NCBI GenBank assembly: GCA_028286605.1
Contig: JAQBRE010000003.1
Span: forward strand, 17,275-81,274
Direction of reading: 5' to 3'
Length of the DNA: 64,000 nucleotides
DNA from: Parcubacteria group bacterium
Lineage (GTDB): Bacteria; Patescibacteriota; Minisyncoccia; Phycocordibacterales; Phycocordibacteraceae
The position numbers were made by a program, and so were the translations under genes. Of this stretch, positions 9,521 to 19,165 are shown piece after piece; the stretch's first letter is position 1; each line of letters begins with the position of its first letter. Below the pieces are notes generated by a model. It did not search any database, was not told the DNA's origin, and was given only the letters and a program-made list of their open reading frames with translations.

Positions 9521-10099
9521 CTAGAAACCGAGCGTGTGCGTGATTGCGGGAGCTTCGGGAAGCGTTTCCCACGCACGCGTATCAATTTTCACGCTGCGGC
9601 TCGTCTTCAGGTCTTTATATTTGAGCGAGCCGTTCGTAAGCGCGTAGTCGTAGAGTTCGCGAGTGATGCGCACATCTTCGATGCAATACTTTCGCACTTT
9701 TTCATATTCGCCTGCGGCCCACCACTCAACGGCCTGCAACCCATTTCCGCCTTTTCCTTTTCCAAGCGTTGCTTCAGCGAGCGACTGCAGGCGTACGCGG
9801 CGGCCGAGCGCTTTCTGGAATTCAACGAGAAGGTCGAGAGATTTTATTTTCGTGAGGTCGCCCGGGTAATAGCGGTTAAGGATAGGAATATCGAACGTGT
9901 CGGAGTTGAAGCCGATGAGCATATCTGCGCGCTCAAGGATGGGCCAAAGCTGCGGGAATTCTTCTTTGGAATACGAGCTGTATTCGTTCGTTTCGGAATC
10001 GTGTATCCCAACTATCGATACCTCCATGCGCGAAAGATCGTTCCGGGCGAGGCTCGGAAAGGCATTAGCAGTTTCTATATCGAACGTGATTGCGCGCAT
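9521..10099 (-). CDS. RNase H-like (DEDD) 3'-5' exonuclease domain protein
   Basis: ITFDIET, IGFNSDTFDIP, YCIEDV; starts 1 bp after hisS stop. Confidence 0.88.
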   Translation of the reverse strand: MRAITFDIETANAFPSLARNDLSRMEVSIVGIHDSETNEYSSYSKEEFPQLWPILERADMLIGFNSDTFDIPILNRYYPGDLTKIKSLDLLVEFQKALGRRVRLQSLAEATLGKGKGGNGLQAVEWWAAGEYEKVRKYCIEDVRITRELYDYALTNGSLKYKDLKTSRSVKIDTRAWETLPEAPAITHTLGF

Positions 10100-10100
10100 A

Positions 10101-11366
10101 TTATTTTGAAACTTGAAGCAGGTATGAAGCGAAGTCCTGCTCATCAAGTGATTCTTCTGCGCCGGTATCGAGCTTCTTAAGGCGCATGTTGCCGGACTTC
10201 ACTTCATCAGGACCATAGGTAGTGAAATAGGGAATACCACGCTTCGCCGCTTCGCGGATCTGGTCGCCAAGGTTGCGGGAAGTGAGATTCATGAATACCC
10301 GGATGCCAGAAGCGCGCAGCGCCTCTGCGAACGTGCGTGCTTCTTCCAGGCCATCGGGAAAAGTACCTAAATAAAGCTGCGCTTTGCCTTCTCCATCGGG
10401 CATAATGTCGTGCGTCTCAAGGAAATCCATGAGCGTGACATCGCCGATAGCGAACCCGACTGCAGGAATCGGATCACCGCCGAAGAGCGAGACCAAGCGG
10501 TCATAGCGGCCTCCGCCGAAGATGGCACGTGGATTCTCCGGGTTCGTATCAAACACTTCGAACGTAATGCCGGTGTAATAATCGAAACCACGTACGAGCG
10601 TCGGATCAAATACCGCATTCGCTACGCCCTGTTCCTTTAGGAGAACGATAGTGCCCAGTATGTTGCGCTTCGCATCAACCAAGCTTGGCGAATCATTCGC
10701 GATGAGCGCGAGCGGGTCCGTCTGCGTAATCTCGCGTACGGCTGCATTGAAGACGCCTTCGGGCATCTTGTCCTTCTTATCGAGCAGGCGCATGTATTCC
10801 TTTATGCGATCACCAGTGAGGCCCGCTGCGCTGCATGCCTGCGTAAGCAATTCACGCGAATTGATGCGGACGATGAAGTCTTCATCTTTTGCGCCGAGGT
10901 CCTTAAGGACGCGTACAGAAAGCGAGACGACTTCGATATCGGCATCGCCGGCGGGAAGACCAAGAAGGTCAACGTCTGTCTGGAAGAACTCGCGGAGGCG
11001 GCCGCGTTGCGGCCGCTCGTAGCGGAACCGGTTACCGATAGAGAACCAGCGAAGAGGGAACACGAGCTCACGACGCTTTCCCGCCACCATGCGCGCAAGC
11101 GACGGTGTCATCTCTGGGCGAAGCGTCACACGACGATCGCCGCGATCCGTGAACGTGTATGTCTGTTCATTAACGATTTCCTCGCTCGTTTTCGCTTCAT
11201 AGAGCTCTGCACGCTCGAGTGGGGAGGCGTTATATTCCTCGTAGCCATAGAGGCCGAGGGTACGCCGAATCGCCGCGAAGACCGCTTCGCGCCTCGCAAA
11301 GTCGTTCGGATAGAAATCCCGTACGCCTTTATATGCCTCCGTGCTAAGCGGTTCATTCTCGCTCAT
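10101..11366 (-). CDS. hisS: histidine--tRNA ligase
   Basis: KGVRDF, LRPEMT, FRYERPQRGRLREF, LVRGFDYYTG, GGGRYD. Confidence 0.97.
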   Translation of the reverse strand: MSENEPLSTEAYKGVRDFYPNDFARREAVFAAIRRTLGLYGYEEYNASPLERAELYEAKTSEEIVNEQTYTFTDRGDRRVTLRPEMTPSLARMVAGKRRELVFPLRWFSIGNRFRYERPQRGRLREFFQTDVDLLGLPAGDADIEVVSLSVRVLKDLGAKDEDFIVRINSRELLTQACSAAGLTGDRIKEYMRLLDKKDKMPEGVFNAAVREITQTDPLALIANDSPSLVDAKRNILGTIVLLKEQGVANAVFDPTLVRGFDYYTGITFEVFDTNPENPRAIFGGGRYDRLVSLFGGDPIPAVGFAIGDVTLMDFLETHDIMPDGEGKAQLYLGTFPDGLEEARTFAEALRASGIRVFMNLTSRNLGDQIREAAKRGIPYFTTYGPDEVKSGNMRLKKLDTGAEESLDEQDFASYLLQVSK

Positions 11367-11488
11367 ATATAGGTAAGTCTATCAAATATTGCTCAAACTA
11401 TGAAAGTTATGAAATCTTTCTGAAGAAATAATCAATAAATCCTTCATCGTTACTAGACGCTGTTAAAAGCCGGAATTATAATGAGCGT

Positions 11489-11758
11489 ATGACCGAAGCA
11501 ACAAATGTTATTCAGATAAGCGACCTACAGGCCTTTGTCGGTATAGCGGCGATGCTTATAAGTGTTGGTGCTGCTTGGGGTTCTCTTAAGCAAAACATGA
11601 AATCGCTCGAAGAGAATATGTCTCTATTTAAGAGCAGTATCGACCGCATTGATGCATCTTTGAGAGACCTCCATGAGCGATTCATCATCGTTGAAGATCG
11701 AGTAAACATGTTGTGGAAAGAAAAATTCTCACCTTCACGTCTTCCTGAAGTCGTCTAA
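11489..11758 (+). CDS. small single-TM coiled-coil protein
   Basis: N-terminal TM then heptad pattern; paralog at 35896-36108; TATAAT 6 nt upstream of ATG. Confidence 0.75.
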   Translation: MTEATNVIQISDLQAFVGIAAMLISVGAAWGSLKQNMKSLEENMSLFKSSIDRIDASLRDLHERFIIVEDRVNMLWKEKFSPSRLPEVV

Positions 11759-11760
11759 GT

Positions 11761-12348
11761 TTACACAAGTCCGTCTGTTGAAGTGGCTGTAACATTCGTA
11801 CCCATGCTGCCGGTGTTCTGCAGCGCAGCGATCTCGCGCATCACGAGGTCACGGATCTGTTCAGGATGCGCGATACCTTCCATCTGGAATTTTTCCTGTC
11901 GTCCTGCTGTTTCAACATTCAATGTGCCGTAGCCGATGAGGGTGGGAAAGAATCCTTCGACATCTGTCGTGATGTCCTGCACACGCGAAAGAAGGAAGCT
12001 CGAGACGCGACGATCGAAGTATCGGTACTGGGTGATATCGACAATGCGATGCGAGGTGATGACCCAGAGCGTCAGGAAGAATTTCGTAATCATCGTGAAT
12101 GCGGACATCCAGACGAAGAGCCAGTACACGCCAAGGAGAAATCGAACGATGGGATTGTTGAAATTTATATTAATTGCGCCCGTGGATGCCGTGCCGACAT
12201 GGCTCGTAATGGCGGCAGCGATTGGAATCACTATGAGCGGTGCGATAGTGAGCACGATGAACGGTATGAAACGCAGCGCGATAAGGAACGGATGCTGATG
12301 CACCGTTTCGGTTATCGTCTCACCCGGTTCTAGTTCGAATTCTTCCAT
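11761..12348 (-). CDS. bacterial PH (bPH_2) domain membrane protein
   Basis: Two TMs, then ITSHRIVD...RVQDI...GYGTLNVETAG. Confidence 0.85.
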   Translation of the reverse strand: MEEFELEPGETITETVHQHPFLIALRFIPFIVLTIAPLIVIPIAAAITSHVGTASTGAININFNNPIVRFLLGVYWLFVWMSAFTMITKFFLTLWVITSHRIVDITQYRYFDRRVSSFLLSRVQDITTDVEGFFPTLIGYGTLNVETAGRQEKFQMEGIAHPEQIRDLVMREIAALQNTGSMGTNVTATSTDGLV

Positions 12349-12349
12349 A

Positions 12350-12703
12350 TTATTGCAGGCCGCTGATCATATATATGATTATTGATCCTGATACGAACAA
12401 GTGTAGCGCGATTGCCGGCACGGCGAACCATGATTTGTGACGATAGCGGAACCAGTGATAAATCACGACGAAGGTATAGATAACCCATATAAGGAAGATC
12501 CCGCTGAATACGACGGGAACGAATCCTGAGATATTAATCTGCGGAAGCGGGGCAGGTTGGCCGGTCTGCGCTTGGCTTGTTTGAACAGCTTGAGAATTCT
12601 GAGTTGCCGGCGTGTTGCTGTTTCCGTAATGGAACCACTGCGCCATAAGATTCACGGGCGGCGCGGTGCTATTCAGCGTAGGAGTCGGAGCGTCTGCGGC
12701 CAT
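12350..12703 (-). CDS. hypothetical membrane protein
   Basis: Two C-terminal TMs; coupled to prmC. Confidence 0.7.
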   Translation of the reverse strand: MAADAPTPTLNSTAPPVNLMAQWFHYGNSNTPATQNSQAVQTSQAQTGQPAPLPQINISGFVPVVFSGIFLIWVIYTFVVIYHWFRYRHKSWFAVPAIALHLFVSGSIIIYMISGLQ

Positions 12704-13470
12704 TACGGATAGTATGCCACCACGAATCGCTGGCGGCCATACTGGTCGGTGCGTATCTCGGAGCTGCTCGTGCCGTAGGTATCGAGTATCGTCTTGGCGA
12801 GCCCAACATTCTCCATATCCGCTTCAAGCCAGAGTTCGCCTTCAGGGTTGAGATGCATCTGCGCTTCCAGGGCGATTCTTCGGATTACGCCCAACCCGTC
12901 ATTCCCTCCGAACAATGATTCTGGCGGTTCGAAATTCGTAACGCTCGTATCGAGTGCGCGCTCCTGCGGAATATACGGCGGGTTGGATGCGATGACATCG
13001 AACGACCCCGGTACTGCCGTGAAGAGATCGCTTTCGTACATATGTGCACGCGATGCATCGAGATTATTTTCTTCCAGATTCATTTTAATCTGTGCAACGT
13101 GTTCTGGCATGAGTTCGCCGAATGATACGTGCGCGTTCGGGAACGCGCTGAGTATCGCGAGACCTATCGCGCCGGAACCGGCGCAGAGGTCGAGTAAATG
13201 AAATGGAGTATCGCCGAATCGTTCGCGCAGATGCGTGATGAGTTCGTTCGTCCACCATTCCGTTTCAGGGCGGGGAATAAGGGGATGCGAATCGAGACGG
13301 ATGTGCAGGTTAAGGAAGGGAATCCAGCCAATGACATAGGCCAGCGGCTCGCCTGCGGCGAGCCGCGCTAAGTCCGCTTCAAGCTCGCTATCGCTCGCTT
13401 TGCCCTCATATTTATCCCGTATTAGCGCCACGATATCCTCGTGGGGTACGCCCTGGGGGTCAGGTATCAT
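12703..13470 (-). CDS. prmC: release factor glutamine methyltransferase (HemK family)
   Basis: GEPLAYVIG, LIPRPETE, LDLCAGSGAI, SNPPYI. Confidence 0.93.
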   Translation of the reverse strand: MIPDPQGVPHEDIVALIRDKYEGKASDSELEADLARLAAGEPLAYVIGWIPFLNLHIRLDSHPLIPRPETEWWTNELITHLRERFGDTPFHLLDLCAGSGAIGLAILSAFPNAHVSFGELMPEHVAQIKMNLEENNLDASRAHMYESDLFTAVPGSFDVIASNPPYIPQERALDTSVTNFEPPESLFGGNDGLGVIRRIALEAQMHLNPEGELWLEADMENVGLAKTILDTYGTSSSEIRTDQYGRQRFVVAYYP

Positions 13471-13499
13471 TCTCTAATTCTATAGTAGAATGCGGGCAT

Positions 13500-13943
13500 A
13501 TGCGCATACATCTTTGGAACACTCTGCTTTCCCTATTTTTCGCCGTACTCATGGTTGCGGCTATCTGGTGGCTTTTTGCGACCGGCCGTCTCTTCTATCA
13601 GGTGCCGTTCCGCGATCTCCTCCTCCTCGCGCTTGCGACGTATCGTCTCATTCGCCTCTTCACGTATGACATCATCACGAAGTTCATTCGCGATTGGTTC
13701 GCAGGCGCACGTGAGAATTCTCTCGGCGGTACGCTCGGCGCGCTTCTGAATTGCCCGTGGTGCACCGGCCTCTGGTTCAGCTTCCTCGTGGTATTCAGCT
13801 ACTTCGCAACGCCGTATGCGTGGCCCGTGATAATTATCCTCGCCGTCGCAGGTATCGCTTCGTTCTTCATGACGCTTTCAAACCTTATCGGCTGGATGGC
13901 AGAAGGTCGCAAGCTTGATGTGCATAGCCGCTTCGGCGAGTAG
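13500..13943 (+). CDS. DUF1360 family membrane protein
   Basis: LATYRLIRLFTYD..IT...R...LLNCPWCTGLW. Confidence 0.85.
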   Translation: MRIHLWNTLLSLFFAVLMVAAIWWLFATGRLFYQVPFRDLLLLALATYRLIRLFTYDIITKFIRDWFAGARENSLGGTLGALLNCPWCTGLWFSFLVVFSYFATPYAWPVIIILAVAGIASFFMTLSNLIGWMAEGRKLDVHSRFGE

Positions 13944-13958
13944 TTCGCTCTATGTTCT

Positions 13959-14028
13959 AAAAAGAAAAACGGCCTTTCGGCCGTTTTTCTCCACGCTATG
14001 TCCATACAAGTATGAACTAAGTCTTGAC
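13959..14028 (-). ncRNA. putative small RNA 1 (partner of tRNA-like RNA 1)
   Basis: TTGACA (14063-14058)-17-TACTAT (14040-14035) promoter, internal hairpin, terminator identical to that at 49451-49482. Confidence 0.6.
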
Positions 14029-14075
14029 CTCACTATAGTATTCTTTCTCGGAATCTGTGTCAATTATTCCTACTA

Positions 14076-14146
14076 TGCTGGCGGAGGAAATCGAATCCTC
14101 AGGCATAGCGTGTCAAGACTTAAACCCGCCATCCAGGACCGCCAGC
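14076..14146 (-). ncRNA. tRNA-like RNA 1 (no canonical anticodon arm)
   Basis: GCTGGCG/CGCCAGC-A acceptor stem, GAGGA-TTCGATT-TCCTC T-arm, CCTG/CGGG D-like arm; 71 nt. Confidence 0.65.
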
Positions 14147-14263
14147 TATGTAGAAGCATACGAAATGAGTGGTCAAAACTCTTCAAAGAAAAGATAAAGT
14201 TTTTCTGACGATTTAAAAGAAAACACACCTGCTTTTAGCAGGTGTGTTTTCTTTGGTGCTAGA

Positions 14264-14635
14264 TTAGTAGCTGTTGCCGCCGCCGAAGCCGCCGCGATCG
14301 CCACCTCCACCACCATAGCCTCCGCCGCGAGCGCCGCCGAAGCCGCCTTCGCGACGAGCAGGACGGTCGCCAGCTGGACGATCACCCTGTGGGCGAGCGA
14401 AGGAAACAGAGAGCATACGCCCGTCTAGTTCCTTGCCATCCCAACGGTCGATCGCAGCCTGTGCCATCGTCTCGTCAGCCATCTCCACGAAGCCGAAGCC
14501 GCGTGAGCGATTGGTCATACGATCCATGATAATTGATGCGGACGTCACCGTACCTGCTTCTTCGAAGGTAGCGCGGAGTTCATCCTCGGTCGTGCGGTAT
14601 GGAATACCGCCGACATAGAGCTTGTTTGTTGCCAT
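14264..14635 (-). CDS. RRM RNA-binding protein with Gly-rich tail
   Basis: KLYVGGI (RNP2), RGFGFVEM (RNP1). Confidence 0.95.
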   Translation of the reverse strand: MATNKLYVGGIPYRTTEDELRATFEEAGTVTSASIIMDRMTNRSRGFGFVEMADETMAQAAIDRWDGKELDGRMLSVSFARPQGDRPAGDRPARREGGFGGARGGGYGGGGGDRGGFGGGNSY

Positions 14636-14803
14636 GAGGGCTGAGAATACTACGTAATAATCTCGCTGGCACCGAACACTTGGGGAGACACGTTTTGGAG
14701 CGGTCGCACAAAGCTTCTGGAAATCGGCGAGTCATTAGCAGTATGCTACAAAACACCCCAAATCGCAAGGCAGTTGACTAAAGGTGGGGAAAAGTATACC
14801 GGC

Positions 14804-16039
14804 CTACTCGTAGCGGAGCGCATCGATAGGATTCATGCGTGCCGCGCGGCGTGCGGGGTACCAGCCGAAGATAACACCGATCGCGGCGGAAACGCCGAAG
14901 GCAAGCGCGATTGAACCGAGGGAAACAGAGGCGGCGAGCAGACCAGTGGCCGTCGTTAAGAAAGCGATGAGCACGCCTAACAGGATACCGACGGTACCGC
15001 CGATGACCGTAAGCACGAGAGACTCAAGAAGAAACTGATTGCTGATATCTTTCTGGTTCGCGCCGATAGCTTTGCGCAAGCCTATCTCACGCGTACGTTC
15101 CGTAACGCTGGTGAGCATCATGTTCATGATACCGATGCCGCCCACAAGCAGCGAGATGCCGGCGACTGCGCCAAGGAGCAGCGTGAACGTACCGGTTACT
15201 GATGATGCCGTAGCGACGATCGAAGCTTGGTTAAGAATACTGAAATCGGCTTGCGTCGGATCGCTTATCTGATGGCGCTGAAGAAGAAGGTTCGTCGTAT
15301 CAGTCTGGACCTGTGTCATGGCGTCTGCGCTTTGCGCCTGGATGTCTACGGTGGTGAGGTATTCGCCACCGGCAAGATAGCGCGCTGCAGTTGCGACAGG
15401 AATGTACACCATGTCGTCTGAGTTAGTGAATCCAGTGCCGCCTTTCGCCTGTGTTACGCCGATGATGGTAAAGACGATACCGTTAATGCGGATCTGTTGT
15501 CCGATCACATCAGCAGCAACTGCATCTGCGCCGAAGAGATCGGTCATGGTGGTCGGGCCGATGACGGCAACTTTCGATAAGGACTGCACCTGTTCAGAAG
15601 AAAAGAATGTGCCGTCGGTAACGGTTACGTCACGAACCGTCGCGTATTCAGGACTCACACCATCAACGGTGGTATTCGTATTCGTTCCTTTCGCAGTAAC
15701 CTGATAGCGCGAAGAAATTTCCTGCGCAACAGCAGTGATGCCGGAAACTTGCGCGCTGATCGCGTTAGCATCCGCGATAGTGAGCGTGTGCGAAGAGCCG
15801 CGTCCTGCGGACGCTCCGAAGCCGCCAACGTTCTTTGTAGCGCCTGGCGTAACGATAAGCAGGTTCGAGCCGAGGGATTGAATACTCGATTGTATCGAAG
15901 CCTGCGCGCCATTGCCGATAGCGACGAGCGCGATAACGGAAGCGATACCGATTACGATGCCGAGCATCGTAAGGCCGGCACGCGCCTTGTTCGCGGAAAG
16001 GGCAGTGAATGTTTCTTCAAAAAGATCTTTTGAGGTCAT
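14804..16039 (-). CDS. MacB/FtsX-type ABC permease
   Basis: LTMLGIVIGIASV, GGIGIMNMMLTSVTERTREIGLRKAIGA, PIDALRYE. Confidence 0.95.
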   Translation of the reverse strand: MTSKDLFEETFTALSANKARAGLTMLGIVIGIASVIALVAIGNGAQASIQSSIQSLGSNLLIVTPGATKNVGGFGASAGRGSSHTLTIADANAISAQVSGITAVAQEISSRYQVTAKGTNTNTTVDGVSPEYATVRDVTVTDGTFFSSEQVQSLSKVAVIGPTTMTDLFGADAVAADVIGQQIRINGIVFTIIGVTQAKGGTGFTNSDDMVYIPVATAARYLAGGEYLTTVDIQAQSADAMTQVQTDTTNLLLQRHQISDPTQADFSILNQASIVATASSVTGTFTLLLGAVAGISLLVGGIGIMNMMLTSVTERTREIGLRKAIGANQKDISNQFLLESLVLTVIGGTVGILLGVLIAFLTTATGLLAASVSLGSIALAFGVSAAIGVIFGWYPARRAARMNPIDALRYE

Positions 16040-16767
16040 GCGAGTGTAGGTGCGGCTTCAGCCATATGGTGAATCTTTCTGCGCGTGTGCGTGCTGTCAT
16101 CGCTTTCTATGTGGCCGTCGCGTACACGAATGATTCGTTTCGCATAGAGCGCGACATCTTCTTCATGCGTAATAAGAATAATGGTGCGCCCATGCTCTTC
16201 GTTCAGGCGGCTGAACGTGTCGAGCACGATTTCCGTCGTCTTGGAATCAAGATTACCCGTCGGCTCATCCGCAAGAATGAGTGCCGGATCGTTCACCAGT
16301 GCGCGTGCGATAGCGACGCGTTGTATCTGTCCGCCGGAAAGCTGGTTCGATTTATGCTCGTAGCGCGATTCGTCGAGGCCAGCAGCTTTGAGTGATTTCT
16401 TCGCGCGTTCTTCGCGTTCTGCTTCAGGAATATTTGCATACATAAGAGGAAGCATCACGTTGCGAAGTACGGTAGTACGGGGAAGCAGATTGAATGCCTG
16501 GAAGACGAAGCCGATGTTGCGCTTGCGTACGTCAGCGAGCTCATCGTCTGAAAGGGTAGAGACATCCTCACCATCAAGCACATACGTGCCGGAAGTCGGT
16601 GTATCAAGACACCCCAGGATGTGCATGAGCGTAGACTTTCCGGAACCGGAAGGACCCATGATGGCGACGAATTCGCCGGTGTTTATTTTGAACGACACGT
16701 GATCGAGCGCGCGCGTTTCTGTTTCGCCCGTTGAATAGATCTTGCTGATATCAGTGACTTCGATCAT
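16036..16767 (-). CDS. ABC transporter ATP-binding protein (MacB/LolD type)
   Basis: GPSGSGKST, LSGGQ, ILADEPTGNLD. Confidence 0.96.
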   Translation of the reverse strand: MIEVTDISKIYSTGETETRALDHVSFKINTGEFVAIMGPSGSGKSTLMHILGCLDTPTSGTYVLDGEDVSTLSDDELADVRKRNIGFVFQAFNLLPRTTVLRNVMLPLMYANIPEAEREERAKKSLKAAGLDESRYEHKSNQLSGGQIQRVAIARALVNDPALILADEPTGNLDSKTTEIVLDTFSRLNEEHGRTIILITHEEDVALYAKRIIRVRDGHIESDDSTHTRRKIHHMAEAAPTLA

Positions 16768-16772
16768 AAGGC

Positions 16773-18671
16773 TTAGCCGCCGGTGCGTCCTGCGAAGCCG
16801 CTATTTCCACCGCCGGTCGTACGAGTCGTTGCACCGGTCGCGCCTGCACGACTACCGCCTAGCGAACCAAGAAGGCTTGGCGCGGTTGCGCTCGTTGCGG
16901 TGGTCTTGCCGCTCGCGGCAATCGTTTGTGTTACCACCCGCATGCCAGGCGTAAGGCCGGTGAGCACTTCCGTCATCGTATCGCTCTGTAAGCCTATCGT
17001 TACGGGTACGCGCTTAAGAGTGACGGTATCAGCACTTACGGTTGCGGTGCGCGCACCGAACGCTGCGCTACCTGTGCCGGTAAATGTACGAGTGCTTGAT
17101 GCGGTGCTGCTTCCGGTGCGTCCTACGAACGCGGTGGTGGAAGTTGCGCTTCGTACACGACGTGCGGCGGTGCTCGTTCCTGTCGTTGCGCCCTGCGCTG
17201 GCGTCGTACTGCTGGTTGGTACGGCAACTTCAACGTAATAGGTAGAGCCTTGCGTTTTTACTGCTGCAGAAGGTACGACGAGTGCTGCGGCTTTAGATGC
17301 CGTAACGATCGTTGCGTTAACGGTCATGCCTGGGCGCACGCGCGAGTCGCCGCCACCAAGGCTTATCTTCACGCTATAGCTGACGACTCCCTGCGTTACC
17401 GTTCCTACTGAATCTATTTCAGCGACCGTGCCGTTAAGCGTGAGTCCGTTGATAGCGTCGAAAGTGAGGGTAGTAGGCTGGCCTACCTGAACTTTTTCAG
17501 CATCTGTTTCGTTGAGCGAAAGCTGCGCGAATTGATCGTCCGTTATAAGGGTTGCTGCTGCCGCGCTGCCGCCTGCCGTATCGAATTTCTGTACATTCAC
17601 TTTCGCGATGGTGCCGGCGAATGGCGCGACGACGCTGTAGTCTGCGAGCGCATCGAGTGCGTCATTGTACGCATTCTGCGCTTTGGTAAGCGAAAGCTGC
17701 GCGCTCTGTACATCCAGCGATGGTCCTGCAGTTGAATTCAATGTCTGGAGCGAGCTCGCGAGTGCGGTCTCTGCGGTGCTGAGCTGCGTGGTTGCCGAGG
17801 TTATCGGCGAGATATCAGCGTTAATCTTCGTTATACGCGCGGCAAGGTCGGTTGGCACCGCAAGTGCGTTGTGCACCTGAAGCGTCTGATTCACGAGTGT
17901 AAGAAATGCGAGCGTATCTTTCACTGCCTGCGTGGTTGCCGCTGAAGAGGTGTATTCAGTTTTTGCGAGCGCGAGCAATGTTTGCGGTGATGACGTGCGC
18001 GTCGCCGTTATGTATGCGCTCGTTGCTGCATCGTGCGCAGTAATCGCTGCGTGATATGAATTTATCGCCTGCAGTTCTGCAACCGCTGCGCTTGGATCGA
18101 CGCTCTGAATGCTATTCATGTCTGCAACGAGGCCGCCGTTATTATCAATGACGGAACGAAGATCCGTAATCGCGTTCGGCACCGCAGTCTCATCATTCAC
18201 TACCGCGTCAAAAGTGTTACCGGATGCGTCTACTGAAGTCGTATTCGAGGAAGAAATAGATTGCGCGTATGAAATCTTTGCACCCTGCAGGTTCGCGAGC
18301 GCGTCGCGCACCGCTTTCTGCGCGGCGGTATCATCGACCGTTGCGATGAGCGTGCCAGCGCTTACATGATCGCCCGCTTTCACATCAATGCTCGTAACCA
18401 CGCCAGAAGCCTTCGGCGTAAGGTCGAGCTCATGTGAAGAAGCCACTTGTCCGCTGCCGGTAACCGTGGTTTGAATTGGCGCGATGCTTGCCACAGCTAC
18501 GACATACTGCGCTGCAGTGTGATCTGCTTTATATGTGGTGTACCCATAGTATCCAGCACCCGCCACGACCAAGATCGCGATACCTGCCTGAATCTTATGG
18601 CGCATCGCGTAGCCGCCCGCGCCTAGGAAGAAGTTCTTGATTGCGCTGAGGATGTTCTTGAGCGTTTGCAT
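16773..18671 (-). CDS. efflux periplasmic adaptor (MacA/HlyD-like) with Thr/Ala-rich insertions
   Basis: Lipoyl halves (ASGVVTSIDVKAGD; APFAGTI), RPGMT, V.IGL.SD..TEV..GL. Confidence 0.88.
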   Translation of the reverse strand: MQTLKNILSAIKNFFLGAGGYAMRHKIQAGIAILVVAGAGYYGYTTYKADHTAAQYVVAVASIAPIQTTVTGSGQVASSHELDLTPKASGVVTSIDVKAGDHVSAGTLIATVDDTAAQKAVRDALANLQGAKISYAQSISSSNTTSVDASGNTFDAVVNDETAVPNAITDLRSVIDNNGGLVADMNSIQSVDPSAAVAELQAINSYHAAITAHDAATSAYITATRTSSPQTLLALAKTEYTSSAATTQAVKDTLAFLTLVNQTLQVHNALAVPTDLAARITKINADISPITSATTQLSTAETALASSLQTLNSTAGPSLDVQSAQLSLTKAQNAYNDALDALADYSVVAPFAGTIAKVNVQKFDTAGGSAAAATLITDDQFAQLSLNETDAEKVQVGQPTTLTFDAINGLTLNGTVAEIDSVGTVTQGVVSYSVKISLGGGDSRVRPGMTVNATIVTASKAAALVVPSAAVKTQGSTYYVEVAVPTSSTTPAQGATTGTSTAARRVRSATSTTAFVGRTGSSTASSTRTFTGTGSAAFGARTATVSADTVTLKRVPVTIGLQSDTMTEVLTGLTPGMRVVTQTIAASGKTTATSATAPSLLGSLGGSRAGATGATTRTTGGGNSGFAGRTGG

Positions 18672-18673
18672 GG

Positions 18674-19153
18674 TTACGGGGTTGGGTTAGTGGGTGCAGG
18701 AGGCGCAGGCACGATACGAATAAGGCGAGCATGAACGCTGCCGTCATCCATGGGTTCACCGAAGATGACGACTAAATCACCGGCACTCAGAGCGCTTGAG
18801 CTTGCATTGCCGTTCTGCGTGCGAATCATCGTATCTGCGTCGAACATGACGTTCTGCTCGGGGCCGCTGGTATTTGCAATAATTATTGAAGAAGGTGTAA
18901 CGCTCACGATCTTTCCCATGGCGCCGTGGCCGCCCGGAGTACCGGGCTGCATGAAGCGTGCGGTGGTCGTACCGAAGGTACGACCATAATTCTCATCAAG
19001 ATGATAGCCGTACGCGGCGCGATGAAATCCGAATGCTGCACCCGCCTGAAAGGCGACGAAGAGCGCAAGCACGGCGATGACTACTGCCGCGATTAAGCGA
19101 AACTGTTCGCTACGTACCCACGCCTTCGCACTATCTGTATCGAATGATTTCAT
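18674..19153 (-). CDS. hypothetical membrane-anchored protein (DUF5666-like)
   Basis: TM then GKIVSV...L.AGD.V.I.G.....G.V.A..I. Confidence 0.7.
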   Translation of the reverse strand: MKSFDTDSAKAWVRSEQFRLIAAVVIAVLALFVAFQAGAAFGFHRAAYGYHLDENYGRTFGTTTARFMQPGTPGGHGAMGKIVSVTPSSIIIANTSGPEQNVMFDADTMIRTQNGNASSSALSAGDLVVIFGEPMDDGSVHARLIRIVPAPPAPTNPTP

Positions 19154-19165
19154 ATGCTCAGTATA

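Noticed and set aside
14076-14146. Canonical tRNA or tmRNA call for the tRNA-like elements (also 49296-49362)
   Set aside because: No U8, no 5-bp/7-nt anticodon arm, no G3-U70 pair, no tag ORF.
14640-14745. Leader of the RRM gene loosely resembling the repeat
   Set aside because: Needs large gaps to align; more likely an ordinary structured 5' UTR.
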